NCBI GenBank assembly: GCA_013115125.1
Contig: JABANN010000039.1
Coordinates: 62,001-109,186 of the forward strand
Source of the DNA: Perkinsus olseni
Taxonomy: Eukaryota
Reading direction: 5' to 3'
DNA: 47,186 nucleotides
In this document: positions 1 to 13,216 of the stretch, one piece after another
How positions within the stretch are numbered: the stretch's first letter is position 1
How the letters are laid out: each line of letters begins with the position of its first letter
Notes under the pieces: generated by a model
What the model saw: only the letters and a program-made list of their open reading frames with translations
What the model was told of the DNA's origin: nothing
The model's database searches: none
Translations under genes and position numbers: made by a program

Positions 1-144
1 TTCCGTGATTTCTGGCTAACCTTAGCTATAGGCTGACCCCACTGCGAAGTAACACAAGTATGGGTATCGAAGGTGGCAATCGTAGCTTGAGAAATGCTAG
101 GAAATATTCAGGTAATGGACATTTGCAAATATTCTTCCGAAAAA

Positions 145-2533
145 TCATCTTCCACCGAACGTCCGCTGTAGCACGCCCTGTTTCTCGTACTCGCGGGGAC
201 CGAAACCGCCAACGGGGGGTTTGGGACACTGGAACTTCTCCTCGCCCGTGGAGTCTCGGTTGATGTTGAGAGAGAGGATCTTGTTGACGAGCTCTCCTAG
301 GGAGAGTGTAGCGCCGCCCCATGGTATGAATCTGAATACAGAAGCACATTCTCATCACGAAAACCTTCGTTAAGTGAAGCGATTTTCATGGGTTGTTCAC
401 GGCGTTCACCCATGCCTCGCTGGATTTAAAATATGCCCTAGGTTGCACAGCGAACTACAGGGCAGCTACGCGATAATGCGACTACGGCCGTTGCTACATG
501 GCATGGATGGACTCGGAGGCAATCGACGGAAGCTACTCCATCGCACACGACAAGTCGCGTCATATCTTCGATAGGCTAAACTACGGTCCCTTGTCGTAAC
601 CGTCGTACGCGTTGTTCATAAGGAACGGCTGCAGCTCCTTCGTCAGGGCTTCCTGCAGGCTGGTGGTCACGTCGCTGAGACTGATCGAAATCAGACCTGC
701 AATGGCAAATGCTGCTGACTGAAAGTAGACGGTACTCAATCAGCTACCAAGAAACTGTTCCTGAATAGTAATCTGCTGCACTGTGATGTTCTCCACCGTG
801 ATTTGCCGTACGTAAGGATACTCTTCACTGCACACTGACTGCAGCACAACCTACGAGGACCGCCGGCTGTCGAGTCCCAAAGGGCGTGACGGCAGCGAGC
901 CCACCTGGAAGTGCTTGTCTGTCCCGCAGCAGGCGTCCGTGTTGTCCCACAGTTTATCGCATCGCCCCGTGAACCACGTATCAGGTGTAACACACTGTCC
1001 GACGAAAAGTGAGAGCGGCAGCTCACCAATCACGCCTGACCAGAGCCTCTTATCGCCCTACTGAGGAAACAATCAACGCCTTACCTTCGATGCTCAATGC
1101 AAGCCTATTTTCCTTCGGCACCGACAGATAGATATTCTCCAGCTTAGTTGTCTTCAACCCGGTGACCCATCGAGCATTGACCTCATAAACTCGTTCACGG
1201 ACGTAGTAGAGGGAGCTGTTGCCAACACAGGGCTGCGGGGCCAAATGCATGCTGTCCACAGTGCCTGACGAGAAGGGGTATGGCGACGAGTCCTCGCCCG
1301 GATCGACTCACATGCTCCAAGCGAGCTTGGCAATGCCGCTTGCAATGCATTGTTGATTAGAGGAAGGTTCCCTCGCAGCGAGAGATTCTGCCACACATAA
1401 GAAGGATTACAAAGAGGGAATCTTTAGTTGACTTACGATGACGTCGAGGTCGACTGGTGGCATGGTCGTGTGCATGCTCCACACTATGAAGAAGATACCC
1501 CAACTCATGCCCTTGATGATCAGTACCTTAATACACCAAAAGTAAGGGACTGCACCAGACAGAAGGGACGTACCGTGCCCGTCATCCTTTGCAGTAGCCG
1601 CTTCCACAGAGGAGGCACGGCCTTGTCGGCAGCGGCATCGTTGTCACTATCGCTCGCACTCTCGTCCGTGGCTACTATCCGATACTGCGGCTTCTTGCTC
1701 TCTCCAGTAGGCACCGCTCCGCCATCGCCACCAGTAAGCTTCGAGCCTGCCAAGAGCAAGTGAGTACTGCTGCAAAGACCTCAGCTGAATTACCATGAGG
1801 GCTCTCGTATGCCTCGACCTTTCGGCGCCTCGGGCTGTTCACTATAGCCTCCATGTCCACATACTGCTCAACCTTCCGCCTGGCTGCTTCCAGCACAGCA
1901 GGAATCTTTTTCTCTGTGCCCGGGGCTGAGAGTGCCGAATCAGCGACAGATCGGCACCCGGCCACAGAGGACAGCAGCGACCGCTTCCGGTGCAGCTGTT
2001 GCTCGTCAGTAGCCAGCACCGAGCTTTTGCTCCGAGGGAGAGTCGCTCTGAGAGCTACAACTGCTGCCTTCAGTCACACAGCCAACTTACAGCGACTTGG
2101 TCCGTCTCATGAGTGCCTCGGAGGCGGCAGGAGCGACCAGACACGCATTCTGAGCAGCACCCACCAAAAGTTGCCCTTCCTCTATGTCACGCTCATCTCC
2201 AGAACGCCTCGAGACAGTGGGCCTGCGATAACACTGAGAGGGGCAGCAGTGAGGTGACTCACGATATGGGTGGTGAGGACATAGCGGAGGCCACGGCGGA
2301 GGTCGCCTGCTTCTGGGCTCGGCTGGCATTCCGTCTGAGCTCTCGACGGAGGATACGGAAGGTCTGCCACTCCGATGGATCCCTTCGCGAGAGGGAGGTG
2401 ATATCAGTTCCTATCGCGAGTCATTAAGCAGTCCAGAAACATGTGATCTAATAGCTACCGAGCTCGGAACGATTGCCCAGGTCACCGAAGGTTGCAGTGG
2501 CTGATTTAAACATGCCGGCAGGCAGCACCATAG

Positions 2534-2575
<42 letters not shown>

Positions 2576-5500
2576 TCCTCAGCAGAGGCTCAGTCAGAGT
2601 CGCAGTGCTTGAGGGCTCGGCAGCCCCACCACGATCGGGTATGTTGGCTTGGAGCCTCTCTGCCAGGGAGAGGACGTCAGGTCCCTCTGCGGGAAGTGAT
2701 AGCGCTCTTTGGTACCCTGACAGCAGCAACGGAGCTATATACCAGGAACGGTGGGAGGAAACCAGCACGAGACGAGTCGGACTTCCTGCTGGGAATTGCA
2801 TTGACCTACGTCCCGCTGCAGCCGCATCACCACTCCGCTCGACAGCATTGGGTCGATCCGCGATGGCCTTGATGTCGCCCTCCGCCGTGGGCCATCCGAC
2901 TGATGATGCCCGAGACTTAGGGGTGATGCCAAGGTCTCCAACCGGGTACTCAGCGCCTCTCAGGGACTCTTCTTGCTCCTGCATATTCACCGCGAACCAT
3001 CAGCCCCGCCCGCCTCAGACCGTGAGCCTACATGCTCCAGTATTATCATTTCAGTAGCCATCTCCACCACATTCCGTGCCATAGCGTCCATCAGCAGCTC
3101 GTGGGTTTGTGTTGCCAAATCCATAGAGGCCAGGCCTAGGAGAGGAGCTTATCCATCCGGTCACTGCGGATAGACTTACCCGCCATTAACAGGAAGTAAA
3201 AACCGGATAAGAGCCCCGGCGGGGCGTCAGCTCTCAAGGCGTCGAAGGCGTTGAGGGATATCAAGGTAGTGAACATGGCCACGGAGAAAACGTCCATCAT
3301 GGCCCAGTCGCTAATGTAGCTGAGAGGGAGCGTCCAGAGAATGGTTGAGCAGTCGGGAGAGGTACTCACTCGATGAGGTAGAGCAGCCACCGGTAAAAGT
3401 CAGCGCACATGTGGGAGGTCTTATGGCAGGGAAGGACGTGCAGGGTGCCTGACAGGGGCCGCTGATAGGAAAACGACGAAGGGAATGGGGCTCGACCGGC
3501 TATGAATATTCCAGTAACTTGGACACATGGCACCACAAGGGCAAATGCAGCGAAGACGACGGCCGGGATGACGTAGTTGATGCCTCCTCGCTGGCCCACG
3601 AGGACGTCGATCATACCAACTAAAGAGGAAAGGTGGGGAGCTCGAAGCCTATCCTCGAACACCTACAGAGACTAAGCGTGCTCTGTGATACGATGAGGCT
3701 CTCTCTGAACGCGACCTTGACAGTGAGGACCTAAAGGAGTGTCGTCGAACCTCGAGGTGATGCTCGGCCGACCCCCCCCCCCTCCCCCTACACTATGGTA
3801 GAGACTCCAATACAGACCGATATAGAAGGTTATGCAGGCCCCATACAAAAAGAAGGTGTCTAGGGAAAACTCGAAGCCTCGGCAACACCCTCCGCACGTG
3901 AGGATGGATCGACCTACAAAGGAAAGGCTTGCTGCCGCCATGACGCCTCATCAACTTACACAAGGACTGCTTCGCCTTGCCTTGGGCGAAATTGAAGCTG
4001 CTGACCACGCTGGTGACCTCGGAGAGGTCGCCTCCATTGTGCTGCTCCCCTGTACGCGCAGGCCACACTACTAAGGCACCATCCTCGGCCTTGATCTCAG
4101 GAGACTCTCGACCTGCTAGCCGGGGCATCCCGAATGAGCTTCCCATTTGCGGATCTACCAGGTTCTCGATGCTGCTGCTGCTGCTGCTGCTGCTCGCCAT
4201 TGGATGGAGCGGGAGACCGGAAGGCCGCCGGCTCTGAGGCTGCGCCAAAGGATGGTGTCCGGCCTACAACCGCAGCGGCATCGAAGAGGACAGGGTAGCA
4301 GAGGCCTCTGTGCGGAGGGTCGCCGCCGCACCAATACTCGATGGAAAGCCATTTTGGAACCTCCGTTGCAAGGCCGGCCCAAAACGATGCCACATGAGAT
4401 AGCTAATACCAGCTCATGGTCCCACTTCTTACTGATCCGAGCCTGAGTATCTCCTCCACGGTCCTCCACCTCTTCTGCGCTCGAACATGCTCGAGCCCCA
4501 GGGCGAGGAGGCTTGGCCGGAGTGCTTACTCCATCCGGTTCGGGTAATGCCGGGGTTTCTCCTTGCCATTGATACTGAATAGCCACGCTACTTCGAAGTT
4601 GGCACGGTCAGAGCAGTCCCACCTCGCTGTTGGCGCTACGTCCTGCGGGGCGCACGTCCTCTAATGAAGCTTCACCGAAGGGCACCGAAGGGTAGGCCTG
4701 AGCACAACACAGGACCTACCAAAGGGGTCGCGGACCTTAACTACCGCGGTTCTACCGGTAACTACCGGATACACTCGCGAACAACAGGAAAGGGAAACGG
4801 TCCGCCCTTGCAGGTAGAATAGGGGGAATCTCGGCGCTACTGGTCCAAGCCTTCGCTTTTTTCCCGCGAACGTTCAAATCTCACCTCGGGATTCCGAGAA
4901 GAGTTGTGAACTAAACTGGGGTAATCGGCCGGATCAGGAGATCGGCCGGTGATGTTCTTGAAGGCAATCTCCGCCTGTCTATCGTGCATCCATCGAGCCA
5001 GCTGTTGAGCATACAGCGCTTGAGGACGATCAGGCAGCATGGACCACAAAACTTGCGTTGCTGAGGAGAGACACATCCATAGAAAGCTGAGGCTGTCCTC
5101 CCATCTACCTCCAATGCTGAGGAGACAAAATGCTAGATAGTAGTAAAACCCGGTCTGCAAAGTCGTGCGCATGACGTCCTGAAATATGACGATGGTGATA
5201 CGCTACGGAGGGCCGTCGACTGCTGGCCTCACCTGATTGAGGAATGCTACCATTATGACTGTAACGAATATGTCCAACATTTGGTACTTCGCGATGATCC
5301 TGAAAGGGCGGAGCGATGCAAAGCTGACGACGTGGTACGAGGATACTACCGCAGGACAAACATGAGTTGGTGTGCTTTCTCTGGGTAGGTATGACGTATG
5401 ATAAATATGACAAGCATCATCAGAAGCTTCACTATTGGCACTACTACTGAGCAGAGCAAGACGAGGACACCTGAAGGGACCGACACGCATAGGGAAGGGT

Positions 5501-6197
5501 GGAAAGCGACGCGGGCCGGACCTGGGAGGTAAAAGCCTTCTTCGAAGAAGTTCTCCAAGCTCTCTAGTGTAGACTTGGTGATGTCGATCGACCCCTGAAA
5601 TGATGACCTGCAACAAGCCCACCGGTCAAGGACTCGAAGCCGACGCTCAACTTCACGGCTACGAGGAGCTGTTGTTCATCGATAAAAGATGAAGTGCCCG
5701 GTAGTAGAAATGCGTGGTTGAGTGGGCCTCCCAGACCGGAGCTACGAGTTCTCGTTACTACCTGTCCCATAAAGTCGCCCTTAATGGTGACTATAGGCAG
5801 ACTTATGCCTTGGAAAAAGCACGCGTATGCAGTCACTACTAGGAGGAGCAGCACGTTGAATCTGAGGACGAAAAGGTAGCAGAGAAATACTGAGTCCAAC
5901 GGACCACTATCTCTCCCACTACACGCTCGACCAAATTACCCATCCACGATGCTCGCTAGCAGCCGTAATATTATATCCATTACAACCGAGCACCCCCGTG
6001 ACCCGTTAGTACCGTGCAAAGTAGAAGATCTGCAGTGCACACCGCCACAGCAGCCTGAGTACACTCCTGATCACTCTAGCCACAGTGCTCCTATGCTCCT
6101 CCTGTTGTCTCCGTCCTCGTGTCTGGTAGCTCTCGTTACCACCCACCCCTCTTCGAGACGGCGGCAGCGGCGCATCGTCACCGCCAGCGAGGGGCAT
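145..6197 (-). CDS. Multi-exon membrane protein with two PqiA/LetA-like transmembrane domains, long low-complexity linkers (polyS, polyQ) and a C-terminal luminal beta-rich Cys-containing domain
   Basis: Exons encode IIAKYQMLDIFVTVIMVAFL...TLQTGFYYYLAFCLLS (~5310-5120) and YISDWAMMDVFSVAMFTTLISL...LLSGFYFLLMAG (~3320-3180), both matching the PqiA W-S/A-M-x-D-V-F motif and the downstream GF-Y-Y/F helix. The C-terminal exons splice in frame through GT-AG introns down to a last exon FIPWGGATLSLGELVNKILSLN...FGGR with TGA at 145-147. The start ATG at 6197 is tentative. Confidence 0.75.
2535..2573 (-). repeat. CAA(CAG)12 trinucleotide repeat encoding Q13 in the PqiA-like gene linker
   Basis: ctg x12 followed by ttg on the + strand. 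The minus-strand ORF 2448-2990 reads RR-Q13-S. Confidence 0.95.
4171..4194 (-). repeat. (AGC)8 repeat encoding poly-Ser in the PqiA-like gene
   Basis: gct x8 on the + strand. ORF 3793-4248 reads MA-S8-IEN. Confidence 0.9.
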
Positions 6198-6436
6198 GAG
6201 GTCCCTAATTATGACTCTACCACGCGGAAGATTGTCGCCCGATGCAGCTAGAGGTGTCAGAAAGACGCGTACTCCACTATATTACACCGGGAGCCGACGC
6301 CACGCTCGATAATGACCAACTAGAATGAACTCAAGGCTTTATTAGTAAAGACAACAAAGACTCCTCACATCGCGGATGGACACATGCACCATGGCACTGG
6401 TAAATCGCTAGACTTGCAGACGGACCTACGGTTTGT

Positions 6437-8700
6437 ACCGAAGAAGTTCGGCCGTCGTCGTAGCCAACTTCACCACCTGAGGAAGCGGACGTCCCAGCTC
6501 ATTCGCCGGGCATTATGCGACCAAGCCTCGTTGTTGAAGAGCCCGACAGGGTAACACAGTGAGAGTACCATGCAGTCCTGCCCCTCTTCGGCGATGATAC
6601 TGTCCAGAATCTCCGCAGCTCCGTGCTTTAAGAACCACTCTCGGATGCTGAGACCTCAACACTTTCAAGGCGGCATTAGGCCACACCTTGCTACCTTGGC
6701 AACTCTTGCAAATTCGCAACGACCTGTATAACATGCCTAAGCACATGCCTCGCAGGCCTCTCCGTTGTAAGCCTCTCCAAGGCATGTTCGAACAAGTCAG
6801 TGCCCGATTCCCACACCTGCCAAGTACGGATGCAGACAGTCCCCACTGTTACACCGAACAAAATTATCGCTCCTCTTAGTATGACAAAGTAGGACAGCGC
6901 CTGTTGGTCTAGCTCCTATCATACCACACGGACGTATGCACTGGACCACAGGCCAGAGTTTCCCCTCGAGAATCTCTCGAGGGCGCCCCGAGACCCCCAA
7001 AGCCCTCCCATACTACCTCGTACTTCACACTTTTGACTACTGTCAGGCTAGCGGCAAGTGCCCATCCTAAGTCCACCACACCCGGCGGAGAGTCTGGGCT
7101 CATCAACAAGGGGACAACCTTGCCAGTCTGAGTCATAACCAATACGTCCTTCAGGTATCAGTAGTAATCTGGACACTACAAATGTTGTTCCGGCCGCTAT
7201 AGCTTCCTTCGCTTCGGGCCCGACCAGACTCACTTCGACGAGGAAGCGCGAAGTTGATGCCAGAGTAGAATTGGTAGTTGTTGACGGGATTAATAAAGGC
7301 AGCCCAGGGAACTACCGATGATCGAAGCAGGGCTTGAACTTGGGACTTGGTCGAGATCCTACTTTGGCTGCGACTCTTCCTGCGTCACTCGGTCCAACGG
7401 CGACAATGTTGGCCAAAATTTCGAAAACCAACGATCGCACTGAGAGAGACGAGTGGCTCGATCTAGAGTTGCATAAACGAGAGAAAATATGTAGTAGTTT
7501 CGCTCGAGCTGATTTCGGCGACTCATTCGAACAGGCGCTCGAGTCTGCAGCGTATCAAGAAGATGCATTCAGAGGCAACAATTGCAGTCGAGGGAACATG
7601 AGAGAAGGCCGCGACTGGGCAAGGCTCTGAAGACCACTACTGTGTGAGATTGCCGTGATAACAGCCGGCGCCCCTACTGCTGAGAGACGTGGCGATTGTG
7701 CCATTTACAGCACGATCTATGAGGAGAGCTCCTATCGAGAACATGGGAAGAGGCCTACCCGTGCCGATACCCCACGACCAGCTAGCCATTATTACCATCG
7801 CTCCGCTCCTCTTCGGGGCCTAAAGAGCTCCGGAATCTGACCCTATCGTACAGGATCCGTAAGTAGCTAACATCAACGGAATCACACTCCGTCAATTGTC
7901 TCTACCGCGGCTCTACCCAATATCGAACAGTCGAGCTGCTCCTTGGGCGAATCGTGAGACCTCTAGCAGTATTGATGCTGCTGTACGTCGAGTGAGCCTG
8001 TGAAAGAGAGGGGCGACTGAGCGTGGTGGAACCCCCCATCAAAGTTCATGTGGCACCGCAGCAGAAGTCGCCAAGGAAGATACAATAGCTTTCTCACTCT
8101 CGCTCCACAGACACGAGGCGGAGAGCGTCCGAACATTTCGCTTTCAATCTGTCGGGCAGTGGATCGAACAGTTAATGGCAGCAGTTACTCATTGGGTTAT
8201 AACCTCAGGCGAGAATCGAAGCTCACCAGCAACTCGGACTGAAGAGGATCTCCTCTTGTATCAGAGTCTCCAATCTACTCCCCCTGCTAATAATTCCTGC
8301 CCGACCGATAGTGGATCGAGACATCCGATGAATGACCTGGGGGGCGGGCCTCACCGAGGCCGTAGCTGCCTCGAGGGGGCCTACTTTAATGGCGAGCAGT
8401 CTGATGTAGCTGTCCACAAGACCATCAGGCAATCTCGCTTTTTCGATGTTTTGCAAGAATTCGACCAGCATGTCTAGCATACCACAGTCGATCTATATGA
8501 GGAGCTCTACTCAACGACCCGCTCCCCCCTCAGGGCACTACAGCTTCCTGTACAGCCGTTTGCTTTGACAGTCTCTGGTCCAAATGCATAAGGAGATTGA
8601 GTCGTGTAGATCGGAGGGTATCGGGATGCTCGTATTGGTATCTTTCACACCAAGTGAACGCGAGAAATTTGAGTTAGAGACGACCAAATCCACCTACTTC
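6437..8700 (-). CDS. Probable multi-exon hypothetical protein gene(s); boundaries uncertain
   Basis: Short open segments flanked by GT/AG, e.g. LVEFLQNIEKARLPDGLVDSYIRLLAIKVG, DVLVMTQTGKVVPLLMSPD and a terminal VVKLATTTAELLRYKP-stop. No family recognised. Confidence 0.3.
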
Positions 8701-9264
8701 AAATGTGGCATCTCCCATCCGCCGAATGCCACCTGGACCTGTTCCGCAGGCTTGGGCTTTGAGTAGTCCTAAGTGACTAATGCCTTCCTTTAGGAAAGAT
8801 AGAGGACGCCATCAAAGCGGCCACGTCGCCATCCTACCTCTGCGGCGAAATCCACTATGTGCCTCTCATTCGACGACTCGAGCCGCGTAGGGACATTACG
8901 ACGGCCTTGTAGGTCACTTGCCGATCGGTCGACAGCAGCTAGCATACGATAGGCACGCCAACTGTATAAGAGACACTCCTGTCAGGCCCCATCCATTGTA
9001 GCTGGCCACAGTGCATTCGGTTGCGTTGTGGCTAGGCACGGCGTCCTCATCGAGAAGGCAGTGTTATGACCACCGCCTGTGGTTCACATGCAAACGGCAG
9101 TCAATATTCGCCAAAGAAGGAGGTTTAGACCAGCGTATCGTGACGCGACATGAATGCCTCGTCGCTCGCCCTTCCCGAATCGATCAGCGCCCCAACAGAC
9201 TTTTCCAGTTGCTTCGAGATAGGGAGATCATCATCAACCGTAGTTCAACCTCGTCATTGTAATA

Positions 9265-9975
9265 ATGCGTCACATCACTTTGGTTGTACTCGCCGTGTTG
9301 CACATTGGGTTGAGTCGTCGTCTACAGTCGTACAGCAGTCATTCGTTTCGGCGTACCCCGAAAGTCCCCGCACCAAGGGAGAGACTGCTAGGCTCTACGG
9401 GCTCCCTCTCTGTGAGTAGCTCGGACCGCTCCCGAGCGAGTTCCTTTGGGAGTTGGAGTTCATCATCTAACGAATTCTTAAGTAGTGGTGAGTACTCGCC
9501 CCCTGGTAGGAGCAGGGGCAGCAGCAGGAGCAGTGGTGGTAGCATAAGCAGTACTGGCAGTCTCAGTCCGAAGGAAACCACCTACAAGTCACAGGACTAC
9601 TGCTTCTTCCAAGGCACCATTGTTGATCACCCTGACAGTGATACTACCGGTCATTTCGATATCCATTGGACAGTTAAAAAGAGCGTTAATGGTAACAAAC
9701 CAGGAGATATCATCGTCGATCTACTCAACGTGCCCTACTCCGACGGCGGGAAATCCTCCCTCTGCGGTAACTACTGCAGATACCTCTCGGTGAAGCTAAC
9801 AGACGAGCAGCGTGGCAAGCTCTTGGCGATGGGCATCAGCCCTTGGGACATCGTTGGAGACAATCTTTTCTCTAGACGTCTGCCCAGCCCTGCCGAACCC
9901 GATACTAAACCGAAAATAATCTACACTCCATCATCCTTCGGACACGGTGTCTGTAGATTCTTTCCAACGAAGTGA
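9265..9975 (+). CDS. Intronless secreted protein, 236 aa, with a Ser-rich linker and a Cys-containing C-terminal domain
   Basis: Longest uninterrupted ORF in the left block. N-terminal signal-like MRHITLVVLAVLHIGLS, then ~90 aa Ser/Gly/Arg-rich, then a globular-looking segment with 4 Cys. Confidence 0.7.
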   Translation: MRHITLVVLAVLHIGLSRRLQSYSSHSFRRTPKVPAPRERLLGSTGSLSVSSSDRSRASSFGSWSSSSNEFLSSGEYSPPGRSRGSSRSSGGSISSTGSLSPKETTYKSQDYCFFQGTIVDHPDSDTTGHFDIHWTVKKSVNGNKPGDIIVDLLNVPYSDGGKSSLCGNYCRYLSVKLTDEQRGKLLAMGISPWDIVGDNLFSRRLPSPAEPDTKPKIIYTPSSFGHGVCRFFPTK

Positions 9976-10193
9976 TCATACTGCGTCAGTCCCGTGGCTT
10001 TGGCTTCTCAAACAAAATAATTATGCCAAACCCATTTGATGCATGGTAAAGATGTGCTGTTCATGTGCTTATGAATCGTAAGTTCTACTTGTTAAGTATG
10101 ACGAAGAATAATCGACCACAGCCCCTTGGTGGGCCCCTCACAAGGTTCATAAACTCTCGAACTCAACACTTCTTGCCGTCAACAGCAGCCATG

Positions 10194-13076
10194 TTAGTAG
10201 CATGGAGTACAACAGGCCCTCACGGGGAACTTCCGTGTGTCAACTTGCCCGGATTGCCGGGCCCTCACGCATGCGCGCTTGTAAACTAGTGATGCTGCAT
10301 TGCAGCTAAAGGAAAGCCATCTCTGTTCTGATGGCGGTAAAATAGAGTAAATAGAGCTCAAGACCATAGGAATAGGTAGCAAGCGAAAAGGATAGTATAG
10401 CCATCGGCCAACTAACTGTCCCAAACACTGCTATGCTGAATTGATCCTGATTGCTGCACACGCCGTTCGACTGCGCTGCAGTGTAGAGGAGCCATAGCGT
10501 AACTGTACCCCATGAGTCAAGCTGCTACTGAAGCGACCTCACAGTCCTACCTATGGTCGAAGGAAATGTCCACCATAAACATGTTGCTACGCCGTTGGCA
10601 TAGTGACGGGCACCAAGGGGGAGGTGCTCACTGGCCAGCAACGAGTTGAATGCAGCCGAGGCGACAATGATGACCTGAGGACGCTGGAGTGGTGTGACGA
10701 AACGGGACGCAGATGACGCACCAGCCACAAGGTATAAAGATAGCCCAGTGGGTGTCGTAGAGATCTCCACTGTTCGACCGACACTTGGTTGACAGCACTG
10801 GCGCAGACTGAAAACCATCCAATATGGCATCATCTCGATGACATGCAACCATACATGAATAACGAAGACACCCGAATTACTTTGCCAGTAGCGACCACTT
10901 CCTATGGACTTGCTCCTGAGGCAACTATGTGGGCGACTGCCACGCTGGAAGTACCTGGGGGAGGTACTATTACACCAAAGACCACCTCTGAAGGAGTGTA
11001 TGCGGACCTCTGGCCATCAAGACGGGCTTGTATCGCTGCTATGCCCACGACCAGACAAGCGCATATGTTGAACCTGGCGATCAATGAGACGGTTCCTACT
11101 AGGAAAACACTGAGGAATAGATCAGAAAGTATCAGATACATCTAAGAACTGCGGGCTATCGACTCGGCAGGACAGGCCGCTAACCCAGAAGAGGATGGCA
11201 GCCGATCGAGGAATGGATACAGAACGGGGCGGAGCATGAGCGATTCGGGGGGCTGCCGGCAGGAGGGTTCGAAGACCTTACAGCAACTCCGTCCCTGCCA
11301 TAATGAAAAGAGCCTCCATCCAAACCGCGGCGTAACGCATGAAGGTGCCTGCTCGACCGAACAGCGCCACTGGGGACTCTGTGGTCATGTACCTGTAGAT
11401 GACGCAGATGATACGACCAATCACACCGACAGGCCTACACTGCAGGAAAGATGCCGAGGGTCAGCCACTGGCCATGAACAGTGAAAGTGACCTGCAAAGA
11501 CTCAATACCAATACGGGAGCATCTGCTGTAGGTTGCCGCAGCAGCCGTAACTCACCGCTGCTACGGAGGAGACGAGGGCTACAACAAGGGGCACTAGTAC
11601 TGACGAATGCCTCGGGTAGTTGTAACCCCGAGAGTAGAACTTCATGAGCCAGTTCCGTGCCTGGCATCGCGATGGCTGAGAGACTTCCTGCAACTGGGCG
11701 GCCATACCTCCTCCTTGACTGCTGCCATCGATGGATGAGGAGACCCTTCCTCTTCATCGAAGGATTTCATCAGCAGCCGGACATGACCCTCAGTCGACTT
11801 CTCGATGCCACGACCGAATATTGTGATAAGGTGGGTCTCCTTGGACCTACAGCAGCAGTTGACCATGCACAGCAAAAATTGTCCCTACTGCGATGCCAGG
11901 CAGACGGTGACCAAGATTCTTATGATGGCAGCTGCTACCAAAGATACCGCGAGAATCGGTCTGTCGGTGATGAACCACATCTAAAACCGCAAGATATCAT
12001 CATCTTCGAAGTATTGGTCCACTGACTTACCCATAGGACAGACCCTATCAGGGCACTACACCGCAGCACCACTTCCCCATAATGGATCAGTCTCACCAAC
12101 GTCCGACGTCTCTCGATGCTGGTGAGACGATCTTGTAATGCTGAGCATTCCACAAATCGAGAAGGCGAAAGTCGCTGGCCAGCGGAAGATTGTGACGTTG
12201 AACGAAGCTGGGATTCCTGCTTGAGTTGAACCTACTTTCTTGGGGTGTGAAGAAGTCATCCACGTCTTCAACTGGAACATAAATTCCCGGCACCTTGACC
12301 TGATCACGAGGACTGAATGGCTCCACTCTCCCTCAACAACCACTAAGCCTCTTCAAGTCCGAAACTCTAAGGCTGTCTATGGCGAAACTGTATGGCAGTC
12401 GACTATTGGCGTCTATGGCGGACGTTGACAGCAATCCGGTCCGCATAAGCTTGAATACCATACAGACAAAATACGATCTCTGAGGCTCAGCGTCTGACCT
12501 AGCCCTCGAGACTAACTTGCAGTGTAATGCTGAACGCCTTCACCCGCACGACAGCACCCAGCGACATCGCTAGGGCCGATCCAAGGGAGGACCGTCAGCT
12601 CGCCTCAGACCTCCCCGAGACCAACTCCCGCCCAGCCTACAAACATGCTGAGCCAGCTGCTATTCCTCATGATAACCGCTCTCCACAAGACGTTAAAGTC
12701 CACTTTGCCGCCTGGTTCGATCTGTGGCTCCTCCGACAACACTCGGGCTTTGTGACGAGCGGTAGGTGGGGCGCTCTCGGGCAGGAGTGCGGCACTTGAG
12801 GAGCCCAGACTGAACCTATGGGACACTCGGTGAGGGTGCATCCACCTCCAGTGAGTTCTACTTAAGAGGGTCACCCAAGCCTAGCAGGCTCCACAGGTCG
12901 AATGGCCTTCTGTGGTCCAGGGGCCCCCACACGGCCAAGTGGTAGAGGGAGTAACAACATAGACCCAGGCAGCCTAGGGATGTCACCATGAAAAGGACAC
13001 CCCAGGTGTAGTCCACAGCGAAGGAGTCGAAGTTCAGAAGGTGCAATCGATGCAAGATGGCCAGACCTATGGCCAT
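10194..13076 (-). CDS. Multi-exon polytopic membrane protein of unknown family; boundaries approximate
   Basis: Several hydrophobic exon-like segments: YTWGVLFMVTSLGCLGLCCYSLYHLAVW, WLSMFVGWAGVGL, PILAVSLVAAAIIRILVTVCL, LFLSVFLVGTVSLIARFNICACL, HVIEMMPYWMVF. Confidence 0.4.
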
Positions 13077-13216
13077 GGATACGAGCGCGTGTAATCTACC
13101 AAGACTCCGCAGCTTCGCCGCGACTCACGGTTTCCTCCATCCCCAGTATTCACTTTACTGGCATCCTGCATCACCCTAACCTTGAATTCGACACGCCTGA
13201 TTAGTGCAGGGATGCT

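Noticed and set aside
581-583. TAG as the stop codon of the PqiA-like gene
   Set aside because: A GT donor at ~608 splices in frame to a further exon (FIPWGGATLSLG...) ending at TGA 145-147, which looks like a natural continuation of the domain.
2473-3057. Plus-strand ORF with a poly-Cys run
   Set aside because: It is the antisense reading of the CAG/polyQ exon of the minus-strand gene.
7158-7160. Apparent in-frame TGA (selenocysteine or readthrough) in the minus-strand hypothetical gene
   Set aside because: A phase-0 splice from the donor at 7233 to the AG at 7149-7150 gives ...SRFLVE/DVLVMTQ and places the TGA inside the intron, so no recoding is needed.
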